Part shown: positions 49,195-59,344 of the stretch, one piece after another
Layout of the letters: every line of letters starts with the position of its first letter
Position numbering within the stretch: position 1 is the first letter of the stretch
Source: an uncultured Gammaproteobacteria bacterium
GTDB taxonomy: Bacteria > Patescibacteriota > Microgenomatia > JAMCZE01
Length of the DNA stretch: 64,000 nt
NCBI GenBank assembly: GCA_964609775.1
Contig: CAZSSJ010000001.1
Location: forward strand, 22,858-86,857
Direction of reading: 5' to 3'
Translations under genes and position numbers: made by a program
The notes under the pieces: generated by a model
What the model was told of the DNA's origin: nothing
The model's database searches: none
Seen by the model: the letters and a program-made list of their open reading frames with translations, nothing else

Positions 49195-50262
49195 TTATTT
49201 GAGAAGACTCTCTTGATAGAGAGGGCTTTCTACAACCTGCTTCCAGGCGGCAACAGCGTTTGGTGATGATTGGAGACGATAATCGCGGCCGGAACCATCC
49301 CTTGAGTTAAACCAGACAGCTACTTTAACCTTCGGGAGCTTTTCAGGGATCGTTGTGAGAAATCCCTGTTTTATCCAATTCGCCTGAGCCATCGGATCAT
49401 CGGGATTTGCCATTGCACCAACTTCCCAAAGAATCATCGGACGAGAAGAAAAGCCAGTAACAAAGTCATAGGTGGATTTGAACTCATCTTCGAGCGACCG
49501 CCAATTATTTTGAGCATTGCTGTAGCCGTCTAAGGCGACCCAGTCAACATAGTTGTCGCCGGGATAGAGCTCTTTAAAGATGCCTCCATACGTATTCAAG
49601 TTGTCATCGCTAAGGACACTGGCGCACCAAACAAACTGGACATTAGTGGCTTTTTCCCGGCGAAAAATGTCGACAATGTGCTTCCAGGCGGCGACAAAAT
49701 CTGCCGGATTGGTGTTGCCATTGACACTATAGCCCCACGGATACCAAGTGCCATCCATTTCGTGGAGAAAACGAAGAATGAAGGGATAATGGTAGGCGGC
49801 CGCGTCTTTGGCAAATTGAGTAATATATTGGTCATGTCGGCCGGAGGCAATTGCCTTCCAAGAATAATCTGTTTGGTTAATGGCTTGTTGCCGATCTGGA
49901 TAGGCCTCTATTGACCCTTTTGACGGACTCCAGGTTATTCCGGGCATAATACCCCGGGTTCGGAATTCATCGAGCATCGGAGGGTAAAATGGAATGTAGC
50001 TTCCGTCTAAGCGTTTCCACGTGGTTGGCTGCCAGGCAAAAGCGGGTTTTCTGCCAGCCTCTTTAATGTACCTGTCGATATTATCTCCCGAAGTATCTTT
50101 TTGGGGTTGATAGATTCCTAGGGCTATCCCCGAGGAAGGAATGATCGGAGACTGATCATTACGAAGTTCCGACAAATTGGGGGAGCGAAAAAGCCTCGGC
50201 AGCTGTGAAAGGACCAGAATACCGGCGACCGTGATTATGGCAACCAATAAGTATTTGTGCAT
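49195..50262 (-). CDS. Secreted glycoside hydrolase, GH26-like (beta-mannanase-type clan GH-A). The family assignment is tentative.
   Basis: Signal anchor; HEMDGTWYPWG and ILWEVGA glutamate-containing motifs; paralogous to residues about 530-880 of the adjacent 985-aa protein. Confidence 0.5.
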   Translation of the reverse strand: MHKYLLVAIITVAGILVLSQLPRLFRSPNLSELRNDQSPIIPSSGIALGIYQPQKDTSGDNIDRYIKEAGRKPAFAWQPTTWKRLDGSYIPFYPPMLDEFRTRGIMPGITWSPSKGSIEAYPDRQQAINQTDYSWKAIASGRHDQYITQFAKDAAAYHYPFILRFLHEMDGTWYPWGYSVNGNTNPADFVAAWKHIVDIFRREKATNVQFVWCASVLSDDNLNTYGGIFKELYPGDNYVDWVALDGYSNAQNNWRSLEDEFKSTYDFVTGFSSRPMILWEVGAMANPDDPMAQANWIKQGFLTTIPEKLPKVKVAVWFNSRDGSGRDYRLQSSPNAVAAWKQVVESPLYQESLLK

Positions 50263-50299
50263 GTTTTAGTTATTGAGTGTTTATATTAAAATAATTGGT

Positions 50300-53257
50300 T
50301 TAATTGACAAAGACGGTGATGGAGTTGGTGGCAGATTTACCTGAGGAGTCAGTGACCTTGGCGGTGACGAGGTATTGGCCGCTCGGGACGGATGAGCCGA
50401 GAGTGACAGAACAGGAGTAGGGAAAAGTGGTGTCGGTGCATTTCAGACTATCTTTAACATAGAACTCAACTTTGGTCACAGGAAGGCTGCTTTCAACCTG
50501 GGTAGTGGCAGTGGTGTTTTTCTTGACGAGACTGCCGTTTGTGGGCGAGTTGATCTTGATGGTCAGGATCGAAGCGGTCGGGTCGAGTGAGGTGGCGGGA
50601 CTTCTGGTTGGGCTTTCGGATGGAGGAGTTGGTGCGGGGTTTGATGAGAGCGCCACAACGGGAGTGGGAGCCGAGGCGGTGGGGGCGAGGGAGTTAAAAA
50701 GATTTCCTTGATAGAGAGGGCTGGCGACCACCTGTTTCCAGGCGTTAAGAGAATTTTGGGAAGAATCAACTGCATAGTTCACTGTTTTTCTGTCATTAAT
50801 GGAGTTGAACCAGTTGACCATCTTAACATCGGGAAATAGTTGCGGAATAGTAGTTAAAAATCCCTGGGTAATCCAGTTGGCTTTAGCCATCGAGTCTTTG
50901 GGATCTTCCGACGCTCCAACTTCATAAAAAGCCATCCGCCGGTGGGTAAAAGTTTTTAAGAATTGGTAAGCAGGTTGAAAGTCATCCTGAAGAGAACGCT
51001 TGGTCGATGCCGGATTGCTATAACCATCCAGAGCGATCCAATCAACATAGTCGTCTCCGGGATAAAGTTGCTTAAGAACGTCTTTGTATTGATCAATCCG
51101 GCTGGGAGTCAGGACACTGGCAGCCCAGCACCAGGCAAACTGGACATTAGTGGCTCCTTCTTTCCTGAAGATATCTACGACGTGTTTCCAGGCGGCAACA
51201 AAATCAGCGGGATTTGTGTTTCCATTGACTGAATATCCCCACGGGTACCAATTGCCATCCATTTCCGCAAACACTCGTACAATAAAAGGATAGTGATAGG
51301 CGGCAGCATCTTTGGCAACCTGGGTGATATACGCATCATGCATCCCTGAGTTGATTGCTTGCCAAGAAAAATCCGGCTGATTTTCATTCAGTGCCGATCC
51401 CTTTGATGCATCCCAGTTTAAGCCGGGCATAATTCCCCTTGTCCGGAACTGGTCCAGGAGACGAGGATCAAATTGCTGATAGGCGCCGGTATTGGGGTTC
51501 TGCCATTTAACCGAAAACCAGGCAAAAGCAGGCTTCCTGCCAACCTCTTTAGTGTATTGGTCTACGGCAGTGCCGTGACCGAAGGGGTCTGCGGCCGGTT
51601 GATAGACACCGAGGGATATGCCATTGGAGCCGGTTGGAGAGGGGCGGCACCAGCCTTCGGCTGGTTCGGGCAGAAGACAGGCGGGCTTGGAATCAAGGCA
51701 AGCGGGGCGGGGTTTACAAGTTGTTGGAGGTGGTGGGAGGGGATTTGTCTGTTGAGGTTCGACAAAGACGGGTGATTTGGTCAGTTGGATAGTATTGGTG
51801 CTGATAGTGCTTTCTTTGCCGGTCACATCGGTGACTTGGGCACCGGTGAAGGGCAGGGTGACGGTGGCATTATCGCTTTCAGACCAGAGAATGTAGATGT
51901 CCTTGCCATGATTAGAGAATTCATAGGCCCGGACATTGCTTCCCAAAGAAAGTTTTTGCTGGAAAGAACCGTCCGTGAGCTTATCTGAGATGACTTTAAA
52001 GGCGGCGGCGGCGGGGCGGGGGGTGCCGGAATTGTCAATTAAGCCGACGTGGGCTTCACTGATGGCGAAATCGGTCATGGTCCAGTAGACAAACCGGTCA
52101 ACTTTTCCAGCAAAGCCAATGACCATTTTCCGGACCAGTTCCCGGGCGTGCTCGTCTGGGTCGTAGCCCTTTCCCGGGGCGCCGCGCCAGCCGTACCAGG
52201 CTTCCCACCAGGAAATCGGCTTGTCGTCGCCGACGCCTTTAAGGCTGGTGTGCAGATATTCCAGGACTTTTTCCAGGTTCTGCCAGGGAGCGCCGTTGTG
52301 GATTTGGAGCTTGTCAATATATTTATGATTGGCAAAAATGTTGTTTTCCCAGGCAATGGTGTCCTGAACACCCGGGGCAGCGAGGGTTTGTTTAAGCTCG
52401 TCGATGGTATTAAAGTGAACTGTTTGGCCGGCTTTCTCCTGATGAGCGGTATAGGAGTTGGCGAAGTCGAGGGCTTCCTGGTTGCGGCCTTCGTTCACAA
52501 GCCAGTTGGCCGTTAAATAGCCCAGACCTTCATAGGACATGCCGGCGTCGGTGACGACGGCGTTGGGGTCGGCGGCGTGGACAGCTTTGGAGGCATTTTG
52601 CAACAGTTTGGTATAGTCTTCCCGGCTGGCGCCCCAATTGCCTGGCCAGTGAGCCTCGTTTTCGACGGAATAGTGGGTGATTTTGCCTTTATAGTGTTTG
52701 GTCACTTCGTAGACAAATTTATAGTAGTCGTCCCAGTTTTTTGGGGGCATGGAGTGATTGCCGGAGAGCTTGATGTCCGGCGGGAAGGGCTGAGTGGCCC
52801 AGGAGGCATTGGAAACAAGGTGGACCATGATTTCCTGGCCGCAACTTTCGTAGCTGTCGACCCAATTGTCAAACTGTTTCCAGACCCACTGATTACGGTT
52901 AACGGGTTGAATGCGGGCCCAGGAGAGGACGAGCCAGTTGACAGTCGAACCGTTGGTTGTGAGAGTTTCACAAAATTTGTCTTTTTGACTGCCGAGGGCT
53001 TGATCGATGGGGGCTCCAGTGCCTATCAGGAGGCCGGTCCTTGGCGGCTGGCTTTTGCCCACTCCGGGTTTAGTCGGAAAGATAGAGTTAGATCTAATAG
53101 CTTCCTCAACGTTTGAGGCGAGGTTTTTAGCTGCTTGGGTTATTTTAGTGACTTCCTGGCGGATCTGGGGACTTTGTTTGTAGGCAGTGAGACCCAGCAG
53201 GGTGGTGGCGGCAAGGATTATTGGTATGAAGATGAAGGCGAAGCCAGATTGTTTCAT
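50300..53257 (-). CDS. Large secreted multidomain glycoside hydrolase: N-terminal clan GH-A-like domain (VENEAH), Pro/Cys-rich linker, GH26-like domain, C-terminal Ig-like domain
   Basis: Signal anchor; NE(P/A) catalytic motif; AEMDGNWYPWG; C-terminal Big-like TKVEFYVKD... Confidence 0.55.
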   Translation of the reverse strand: MKQSGFAFIFIPIILAATTLLGLTAYKQSPQIRQEVTKITQAAKNLASNVEEAIRSNSIFPTKPGVGKSQPPRTGLLIGTGAPIDQALGSQKDKFCETLTTNGSTVNWLVLSWARIQPVNRNQWVWKQFDNWVDSYESCGQEIMVHLVSNASWATQPFPPDIKLSGNHSMPPKNWDDYYKFVYEVTKHYKGKITHYSVENEAHWPGNWGASREDYTKLLQNASKAVHAADPNAVVTDAGMSYEGLGYLTANWLVNEGRNQEALDFANSYTAHQEKAGQTVHFNTIDELKQTLAAPGVQDTIAWENNIFANHKYIDKLQIHNGAPWQNLEKVLEYLHTSLKGVGDDKPISWWEAWYGWRGAPGKGYDPDEHARELVRKMVIGFAGKVDRFVYWTMTDFAISEAHVGLIDNSGTPRPAAAAFKVISDKLTDGSFQQKLSLGSNVRAYEFSNHGKDIYILWSESDNATVTLPFTGAQVTDVTGKESTISTNTIQLTKSPVFVEPQQTNPLPPPPTTCKPRPACLDSKPACLLPEPAEGWCRPSPTGSNGISLGVYQPAADPFGHGTAVDQYTKEVGRKPAFAWFSVKWQNPNTGAYQQFDPRLLDQFRTRGIMPGLNWDASKGSALNENQPDFSWQAINSGMHDAYITQVAKDAAAYHYPFIVRVFAEMDGNWYPWGYSVNGNTNPADFVAAWKHVVDIFRKEGATNVQFAWCWAASVLTPSRIDQYKDVLKQLYPGDDYVDWIALDGYSNPASTKRSLQDDFQPAYQFLKTFTHRRMAFYEVGASEDPKDSMAKANWITQGFLTTIPQLFPDVKMVNWFNSINDRKTVNYAVDSSQNSLNAWKQVVASPLYQGNLFNSLAPTASAPTPVVALSSNPAPTPPSESPTRSPATSLDPTASILTIKINSPTNGSLVKKNTTATTQVESSLPVTKVEFYVKDSLKCTDTTFPYSCSVTLGSSVPSGQYLVTAKVTDSSGKSATNSITVFVN

Positions 53258-53301
53258 TGGGGATTAATGTCAGTCGAGTTTAAGGCAGAAAGCCTTGGTT
53301 G

Positions 53302-54333
53302 TCAATCTAAGATTTCTTCATCCGGTTCGTTAGCCTGTTTTTGGAGTAGAGGGAAATCGACAGTGGTGACGGCGTTTTTCGTGATGGGAAAGAGACCGGG
53401 ACTCACAGCAATGAAACCCTTGGGGGCCGAGGGGGACCACTTCTTCAAAAGTAGCTGCTTCCCACTTTTGCAGTAGAAATAGTTATTGCCAGTGGGGATT
53501 TTGACCGGGCGGTTGATGCCGGCACAGGTCTCAAATTTAAAGCCTGCCGGGATGAGCGGTTTTTTAATTTTATAGTCGCCGGTAGGAATTTCCCCAAAAG
53601 AGTAGTTTTCTTTGCCGGTGTTTTTTCCGGAATCAAGGATGGCGACTAGTGTGTTTGCGCCAGAGTCGACTTTAGTCAGAGTTAAACTGGCTTTTTTGAC
53701 CGAGGGTTCGACGGACTCGGCGTTTTTTCTGGCGTTGTGGTCGGTTTCGTCGTCATGCCAGATGTAGCCTGTCAGGGGGCCTTTGTCCGAGGCGGTTTGG
53801 ATTTTTTCGACCTGGATTTCGCAGGTGGAGTTGTTTTGAGCGGAGGGGTACCAGAGACTCGCGTTAGTGCCGCAGGTAGTTTTAGAGACCTTCCAATTCG
53901 AGGGAAGGTTAGTGCTGCCGGTTTCAGGGCAACTCGTACAAAGAGTGATTTGGTAGCCGGCGCCAGTTGTTGAGTCAGACCAGGTGGCACAGCCGGCGCC
54001 GTTGCAGGCGGAAGGACTGTAGGTTTGGACACGGCCTTTTTGGCAGACCGGGTCGGAGCAGGAGGCGTTGCAGCCGGTTGGACAAGCGGACATGAAGGTG
54101 GCGCGGACACTCACTTGGCTGGGGTATTTCTGGCCAGTGGCCCGGTCTTTTATTTTAATCGTCAGCGGGTTTCCGAAGGGTGGTGGCGGGGGGGGCGGGG
54201 GGGGGGGGGGGGGGCGGGCTTTGCTCGTAGCCGGAACAAAGCAAGGGAGCCGTGTTGCTGCAGTAGGAGTTGTAGTCCGAATAGGCAGGCTTGATGAGTC
54301 CGGAAGTGAGGCAAGTTTTGACGTCCGGAACAC
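53302..54333 (-). CDS. C-terminal Cys-rich/Ig-like portion of the metallopeptidase gene. It overlaps 54155..55594 out of frame across a poly-C tract and probably belongs to the same gene.
   Basis: N-terminus PPPPPPPPPPPP is encoded by the same G/C homopolymer that encodes the PPPPPPPAPP C-terminus of the upstream ORF. Confidence 0.5.
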   Translation of the reverse strand: MFRTSKLASLPDSSSLPIRTTTPTAATRLPCFVPATSKARPPPPPPPPPPPPFGNPLTIKIKDRATGQKYPSQVSVRATFMSACPTGCNASCSDPVCQKGRVQTYSPSACNGAGCATWSDSTTGAGYQITLCTSCPETGSTNLPSNWKVSKTTCGTNASLWYPSAQNNSTCEIQVEKIQTASDKGPLTGYIWHDDETDHNARKNAESVEPSVKKASLTLTKVDSGANTLVAILDSGKNTGKENYSFGEIPTGDYKIKKPLIPAGFKFETCAGINRPVKIPTGNNYFYCKSGKQLLLKKWSPSAPKGFIAVSPGLFPITKNAVTTVDFPLLQKQANEPDEEILD

Positions 54334-55594
54334 ACCAGTTGGTGGTCCAGACGTAAGAGGAATCTCCGATCATGGGAGTCCCCGAGGGAATTGGGGCGAA
54401 GAGATTGATGGCGCCACGCATGGCGGGCTCGTCAACGGGGTCAAGGTGATAACCGGATTCTGACCAGAGTGTCTCCATAATGCAGCTGCCAGAGGTGGAT
54501 TTGTAACGGTTGGTGTAGGTGCAGATGGTGTAGCAGTTTGTTCCGGGGATTCCTGACCATTTGCCACAAGCAGAAGAGGTATCACAGTTTGCGTGAATGT
54601 TTCGGTTGGGGTTGGTTTCAATTTTGTTGTAATCATATTCATCATTTAAGTTTCCGATGCCATGACCTAATTCATGATAGAGGGTAAGTCCGGGAAAAGG
54701 CAGATTTGATTGTGATCGTGACATGAGGGCATACTTGATTGGCGGATAATAGGACCAGCCAATCTTGTCGTCGATGCCTTCAAGAATAACAATGAAGTCG
54801 TAGTTGGTTTGGGAAGCGATGTTGTAGATTAAAGCACTGTCGCAATCAAGATTTTCAGCGTTATTAAAACTGTTACACAAGATTTGATCGTTGTGGATTT
54901 TCGCGAATCTGATTTTTGATCGATATTCGTTCCAAGGTGACTGAGCCAGGAGGAAGTTAGTCATACTGCTAACGTCCGCATCAAATAGGTCAAAGTCGGA
55001 ATAGCGGTCGCTTATAAAGGTAAGGTCAAGGTAACCGTCAGAGGAAAGACCCGACTGGGGAGCCGGAGTGTTAGATGACTTGACAACATAACTTTTTTTA
55101 AGGATTGCCGATTGAATCTTTAGGCTGTCTAAGACTTGGGTCTTTTTTGGCTGGCTATGGCGAATTTGGATTGTAGCGCCCGTTTGGTAAGGGAAAGAGA
55201 TTACCACTCGGGGCTCGGAAAAAATCTTATCCTGTCTATTGATTTGTTTTTTTTCAGAAGCGAAAGTTTCGATGGCGAGACTGTCAGTAAATTTAATGCT
55301 TGCTTTCCAGGTGGTTTTTCCGTTTAAAACTTGTTCGATTTCATCAGTTTCACTGTCAGTTTTTTGGTTTGGCAAGTAGGGGGTATAGCCATTGTTGGCG
55401 AGGGCTTTTTGAATGGAGATTTTGCCGGTGGTGGGGTTTTTGGTTAAGACGAGGATGAGGTTGGTGTCTGCTTTGAGGCCAGTAGCTTTGTCTTGGAGAC
55501 GGGTTTGTTGGGTGACAATAAATAGAGTTGCACCTAGGAGGGGGAGGAGGAGAAGGACGAGAGTGAGGCTGAGGGTGGCGGCACCTTTTTTCAT
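54155..55594 (-). CDS. Secreted zinc metallopeptidase (HEXXH; M64/IgA-peptidase-like)
   Basis: Signal peptide; LYHELGHGIGNLNDEYDY (HExxH...DEY); C-terminal poly-Pro. Confidence 0.6.
   Translation of the reverse strand: MKKGAATLSLTLVLLLLPLLGATLFIVTQQTRLQDKATGLKADTNLILVLTKNPTTGKISIQKALANNGYTPYLPNQKTDSETDEIEQVLNGKTTWKASIKFTDSLAIETFASEKKQINRQDKIFSEPRVVISFPYQTGATIQIRHSQPKKTQVLDSLKIQSAILKKSYVVKSSNTPAPQSGLSSDGYLDLTFISDRYSDFDLFDADVSSMTNFLLAQSPWNEYRSKIRFAKIHNDQILCNSFNNAENLDCDSALIYNIASQTNYDFIVILEGIDDKIGWSYYPPIKYALMSRSQSNLPFPGLTLYHELGHGIGNLNDEYDYNKIETNPNRNIHANCDTSSACGKWSGIPGTNCYTICTYTNRYKSTSGSCIMETLWSESGYHLDPVDEPAMRGAINLFAPIPSGTPMIGDSSYVWTTNWCVPDVKTCLTSGLIKPAYSDYNSYCSNTAPLLCSGYEQSPPPPPPPAPPATTLRKPADD
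54186..54222. repeat. About 37-nt G-rich homopolymeric tract (poly-C on the coding strand) at the junction between the two peptidase ORFs
   Basis: ggtggcggggggggcggggggggggggggggggcgggc. Confidence 0.9.
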
Positions 55595-55805
55595 GGGTAT
55601 AGTTATAGTATTTAGATTATTACTCCCACAAGGCCTGTCAAGGGTTCAGGATTGACAGTAAGATGGCCGACTAGTAAGATTAGACCGTATGAATGGTCGT
55701 GTTTTGCTTTTGGCTCTCCTTCAAAGCTCGCAATAGCGGGGAAGGTTTGTTGGCAAAACACATCTTAATCCCGCAAAAGGCGGGATTTTTTGTTAGGATT
55801 AGCCT

Positions 55806-56408
55806 ATGGATCAGGAAAATTGGGGGAATCAGGGAGATCAGTTTAAGAAAGCGGGCTACCAGTATCTGTTGGCTTGGAAAATAACTGTTCCCATTTATGA
55901 TTACACTGTCATTTTTTGCAGGAAGTATCGCAGATTGCTCTCTTCTGAGCGGACTTATGACCAGATGGTGCAGGCGGCCAGAAGCGGGACACAAAATGTT
56001 CCGGAGGGAAATCAACAGGCAAGTCTTGAAGGCTACATCAAATTGACTGGTGTTAACAAAGCCTCATTGGAGGAACTATTGAGGGATTTCCTGGCGTTTG
56101 CCAGACAGAATCAGATTCCAATTTGGTCAAAGGAAAGGTGTGTCAGGGAAATTAGGGAAATTGGGGAGATCTGGGGGATTCTTAAAAATAATAAAACGCT
56201 CCCTGACGATCCCAATTTCCCGAATTTCCCTGACAAATTGGAGATCGGCGTCAATTTAATGATAACATTGGTCCATCAAGCAATTTTTCTTCAAGGGAAA
56301 TTAAAGGAGTCTTTGGAGAAAAAGTTCATCGAGGAAGGTGGTTTTAGAGAGAACTTGTTTAGAAAGAGAATGGACTGGCGAAGGAGGCAGAATGGACAGG
56401 AAGTATGA
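55806..56408 (+). CDS. Four-helix-bundle protein (TIGR02436-like, '23S rRNA intervening sequence protein' family). Tentative.
   Basis: YDQMVQAARSGTQNVPEG resembles the ..Q..RAa.Si..NIAEG signature; 200 aa. Confidence 0.4.
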   Translation: MDQENWGNQGDQFKKAGYQYLLAWKITVPIYDYTVIFCRKYRRLLSSERTYDQMVQAARSGTQNVPEGNQQASLEGYIKLTGVNKASLEELLRDFLAFARQNQIPIWSKERCVREIREIGEIWGILKNNKTLPDDPNFPNFPDKLEIGVNLMITLVHQAIFLQGKLKESLEKKFIEEGGFRENLFRKRMDWRRRQNGQEV

Positions 56409-58977
56409 ACCGGCAGAGATAGAGAAGAAGTGGCCCTCCTTCGCCAAGGCTTCGGACGGGCAAGCAGGACGTTATAACCATCGGGAGATTGAGCATAAGT
56501 GGCAGGAGGTGTGGGAAAAAGAGAAACTATATCTAACTCCAAAACCTGATGCCGAGCATCCGAAGAGATACATTTTGGATATGTTTCCCTACCCGTCGGG
56601 GGCGGGACTTCATGTTGGGCATATGGAAGGCTACGTGGCCACGGATGTTATTGTCAGATACCTGCGGATGAAGGGGCTTTCGGTTCTTCACCCGATGGGC
56701 TGGGACGCGTTTGGCCTGCCGGCCGAGAATTATGCGATTAAAGAAGGAATTGCCCCTGATAAGTCGACGCACGAGAATATCAAGAATTTTAAGTATCAGC
56801 TTCAACTTTTGGGACTGTCTTATGATTGGTCCAAAGAAATAGATACATCTAGCCCGAAGTATTACAAATGGACACAGTGGTTGTTTACGCTGCTGTTTAA
56901 AAAGGGCTTAGCCTATAAAAAGAAAGCGCCGGCGAATTGGTGCCCCAAGGACGAAACGGTGCTGGCCAACGAGCAGGTGGTTGATGGGAAATGCGAACGG
57001 TGCGGGACGGCGGTAGTGCAAAAGGAATTGGAGCAGTGGTTTTTTAAGATTACGGATTATGCGGATAAGCTGATTTCCGGTCTGGACAAAGTCGATTGGC
57101 CGGAATCGACCAAGACGCAGCAGGTTAACTGGATTGGGAAGAAAGAGGGCATCGAAATTACTTATGAGGTGGTAGGTGTTCCTGACGAAATTACTGTTTT
57201 TACGACTGCTCCGGTTAACTTTGGGATGACCTTTTTGGTTTTAGGACCAGAACACCATTTCGTCCAGAAAATTATTTCTGGTGAAATTAAGATTTCTTCT
57301 GAGACTCAAAAAGAAGTTAAGGATTATGTTGAGGCGGCGGGTAAAAAGACAGAACTGGAGAGGATCGCTGCGGGTAGGGAGAAGACAGGGGTGTTTACCA
57401 CTTTATATGCAATTAACTCCATTAATGGTAAAAAAGTGCCGATTTATGTGACTGATTTTGTTTTAGGGCATGTGGGTACTGGTGCGGTTCAAGGTTGCCC
57501 GGCGCATGATCTTAAAGACTTTCAGTTTGCAAAGAAGTTTAACTTGCCGATCGTTAGAGTTGTTGAGGGTCCCGATGGTGATGCTGGACCGGTAGAGAGA
57601 GAAGATCAGATTATTGAAAAGGGAATGCGGGGTACATTTATTAATTCAGAGTTTTTGAACGGCTTGAGTTTTGAGGGAGGACTGCAAAAGACGATGGACT
57701 ATTTTGTTGAAAAAGGCGTTGGTAGGAGGGTGGTGACCTATCACATTCGGGATTGGCTGATTTCGAGGCAGAGATATTGGGGGTGCCCGATCCCGATGGT
57801 GTTTTGCGAAAAAGACAGCTGGCAGCCTGTTCCTGATTCAGAACTACCTATTTTGTTACCAACTGATATAGATTTTCGACCGACCGGGGAATCACCGATT
57901 GCCAGATCAGGGTCTTTCCAAAAAGGGGTAAGGTGCCCGGTTTGCGGGGAGGCAGCCAAGCGGGAGGTAGACACCATGGACACTTACGTCGACTCCTCAT
58001 GGTATTTTTACCGCTTTGTAGATCCGGATAATAACAAAAAATTCGCTTCGAAGAAGGCTCTCGAAACATGGATGCCGGTGGACATTTATGTTGGCGGCGG
58101 GCATGTGGTCCAGCACCTGCTGTTTGCCCGATTCTTCCACAAAGTTCTCGTCGATGCAGGATATATTAAGGGTGATGGCGCTGGTGAGCCTTTCCTAAAG
58201 CTTAGAGCGCCGGGATGGATTTTGGGCCCGGACTCTCGCAAGATGAGCAAGCGCTGGGCGAACGTTATCACTCCGGAGGAAGTGGTTGCCAAACATGGAG
58301 CGGACACGATGCGGATGTATGAGATGTTTATGGCGCCGTTTGAAGTCGATAAACCGTGGAATGTCAACTCGGTGGCTGGGGTGCAGCGCTTTTTGAGCCG
58401 AATTTACGGTTTGTTTGAAAGATCTTATCAGTTGAAGGACGCAGTTGCTGGCGAAGCAATGGCTCGTGAGATTAATAAATTGGTTTTTAAGGTCGGCAAA
58501 GATATTGAGGGTTTCAAGTTCAATACGGCAGTGGCTGCCATGATGGAGTTTGTGAATCAGGTACAGGCAGGATTGAAGACGAAGGAGCAGGGTGAAGGAA
58601 GCTACACCTGGAGAGTGGTTTGGGAGAAGTTTCTGACCGTTTTGGCGCCGTTTGCGCCGCATTTGGCGGAGGAGCTGTGGTCCCACTTCGCCAAGGCTTC
58701 GCGGGACAAGCATGGATATGTTTCTGTCCATCAGCAGTCGTGGCCGGAGGTTGATGAGAAATATCTGGGCCAGGAAAGCAGGACGATCGTGGTGTCGATT
58801 AATGGCAAGGCGAGAGCGACATTGAAAATGAGCAATGGGCAATCCTCAATGAGCAATAGCCAGGAGGAGGTTGAGAAGTTGGCGAGAGGAGATCAGAATG
58901 TGGCGAAGTGGCTGGAAGGGAAAGAGGTTAAGAAAGTGGTCTACGTACCAGGCAAGATTGTCAACTTCGTCGTTTAA
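56392..58977 (+). CDS. leuS: Leucyl-tRNA synthetase. The ORF is open from 56338; ATG at 56392 is preceded by GGAGG.
   Basis: HVGHMEGY (HIGH) and KMSKRWAN (KMSKS) motifs; LeuRS-type editing and anticodon-binding regions; 862 aa. Confidence 0.9.
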   Translation: MDRKYEPAEIEKKWPSFAKASDGQAGRYNHREIEHKWQEVWEKEKLYLTPKPDAEHPKRYILDMFPYPSGAGLHVGHMEGYVATDVIVRYLRMKGLSVLHPMGWDAFGLPAENYAIKEGIAPDKSTHENIKNFKYQLQLLGLSYDWSKEIDTSSPKYYKWTQWLFTLLFKKGLAYKKKAPANWCPKDETVLANEQVVDGKCERCGTAVVQKELEQWFFKITDYADKLISGLDKVDWPESTKTQQVNWIGKKEGIEITYEVVGVPDEITVFTTAPVNFGMTFLVLGPEHHFVQKIISGEIKISSETQKEVKDYVEAAGKKTELERIAAGREKTGVFTTLYAINSINGKKVPIYVTDFVLGHVGTGAVQGCPAHDLKDFQFAKKFNLPIVRVVEGPDGDAGPVEREDQIIEKGMRGTFINSEFLNGLSFEGGLQKTMDYFVEKGVGRRVVTYHIRDWLISRQRYWGCPIPMVFCEKDSWQPVPDSELPILLPTDIDFRPTGESPIARSGSFQKGVRCPVCGEAAKREVDTMDTYVDSSWYFYRFVDPDNNKKFASKKALETWMPVDIYVGGGHVVQHLLFARFFHKVLVDAGYIKGDGAGEPFLKLRAPGWILGPDSRKMSKRWANVITPEEVVAKHGADTMRMYEMFMAPFEVDKPWNVNSVAGVQRFLSRIYGLFERSYQLKDAVAGEAMAREINKLVFKVGKDIEGFKFNTAVAAMMEFVNQVQAGLKTKEQGEGSYTWRVVWEKFLTVLAPFAPHLAEELWSHFAKASRDKHGYVSVHQQSWPEVDEKYLGQESRTIVVSINGKARATLKMSNGQSSMSNSQEEVEKLARGDQNVAKWLEGKEVKKVVYVPGKIVNFVV

Positions 58978-59026
58978 CCGTTTTTATCTGTGTAAAATGA
59001 ATTCAGAAGATAATGAGTTAAGATCT

Positions 59027-59344
59027 TTATCCCTTAGGTTTTATTTTGGGCTTCAGATTTGTATCTAAGTTGAGCTTTGAGAGAATTTCGTTTATGCCTT
59101 CGTCTCCTGGATGAAAATGTTTCCAACCATCATCTCGAGTGTATCCTCTCTCAGACCCGGTTCCGCGGCTTGCGAGTCTGATATAGAATACCGTTTCACT
59201 GTTGTCGTATAAAGTTAAACTGCCAGACCAGATTCCATCGCCACCGGCAAAAGCACGACTAGGATCAAGAGCAATCATATCTGCGTGGTTTAAAGAAACA
59301 GTTCTCACGATAGTTGGACGATCTTTTTGGTCTGGATCTTTCAT
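59027..59344 (-). CDS. Small ORFan (105 aa) behind GA-leader copy h
   Basis: ATG abuts ...TTGACAAAAGAAGC(AG)5AATAGGCGAA. Confidence 0.45.
   Translation of the reverse strand: MKDPDQKDRPTIVRTVSLNHADMIALDPSRAFAGGDGIWSGSLTLYDNSETVFYIRLASRGTGSERGYTRDDGWKHFHPGDEGINEILSKLNLDTNLKPKIKPKG

Noticed and set aside
54068-54463. 131-aa plus-strand ORF containing a Gly run
   Set aside because: It is the antisense translation of the poly-G tract within the metallopeptidase locus.
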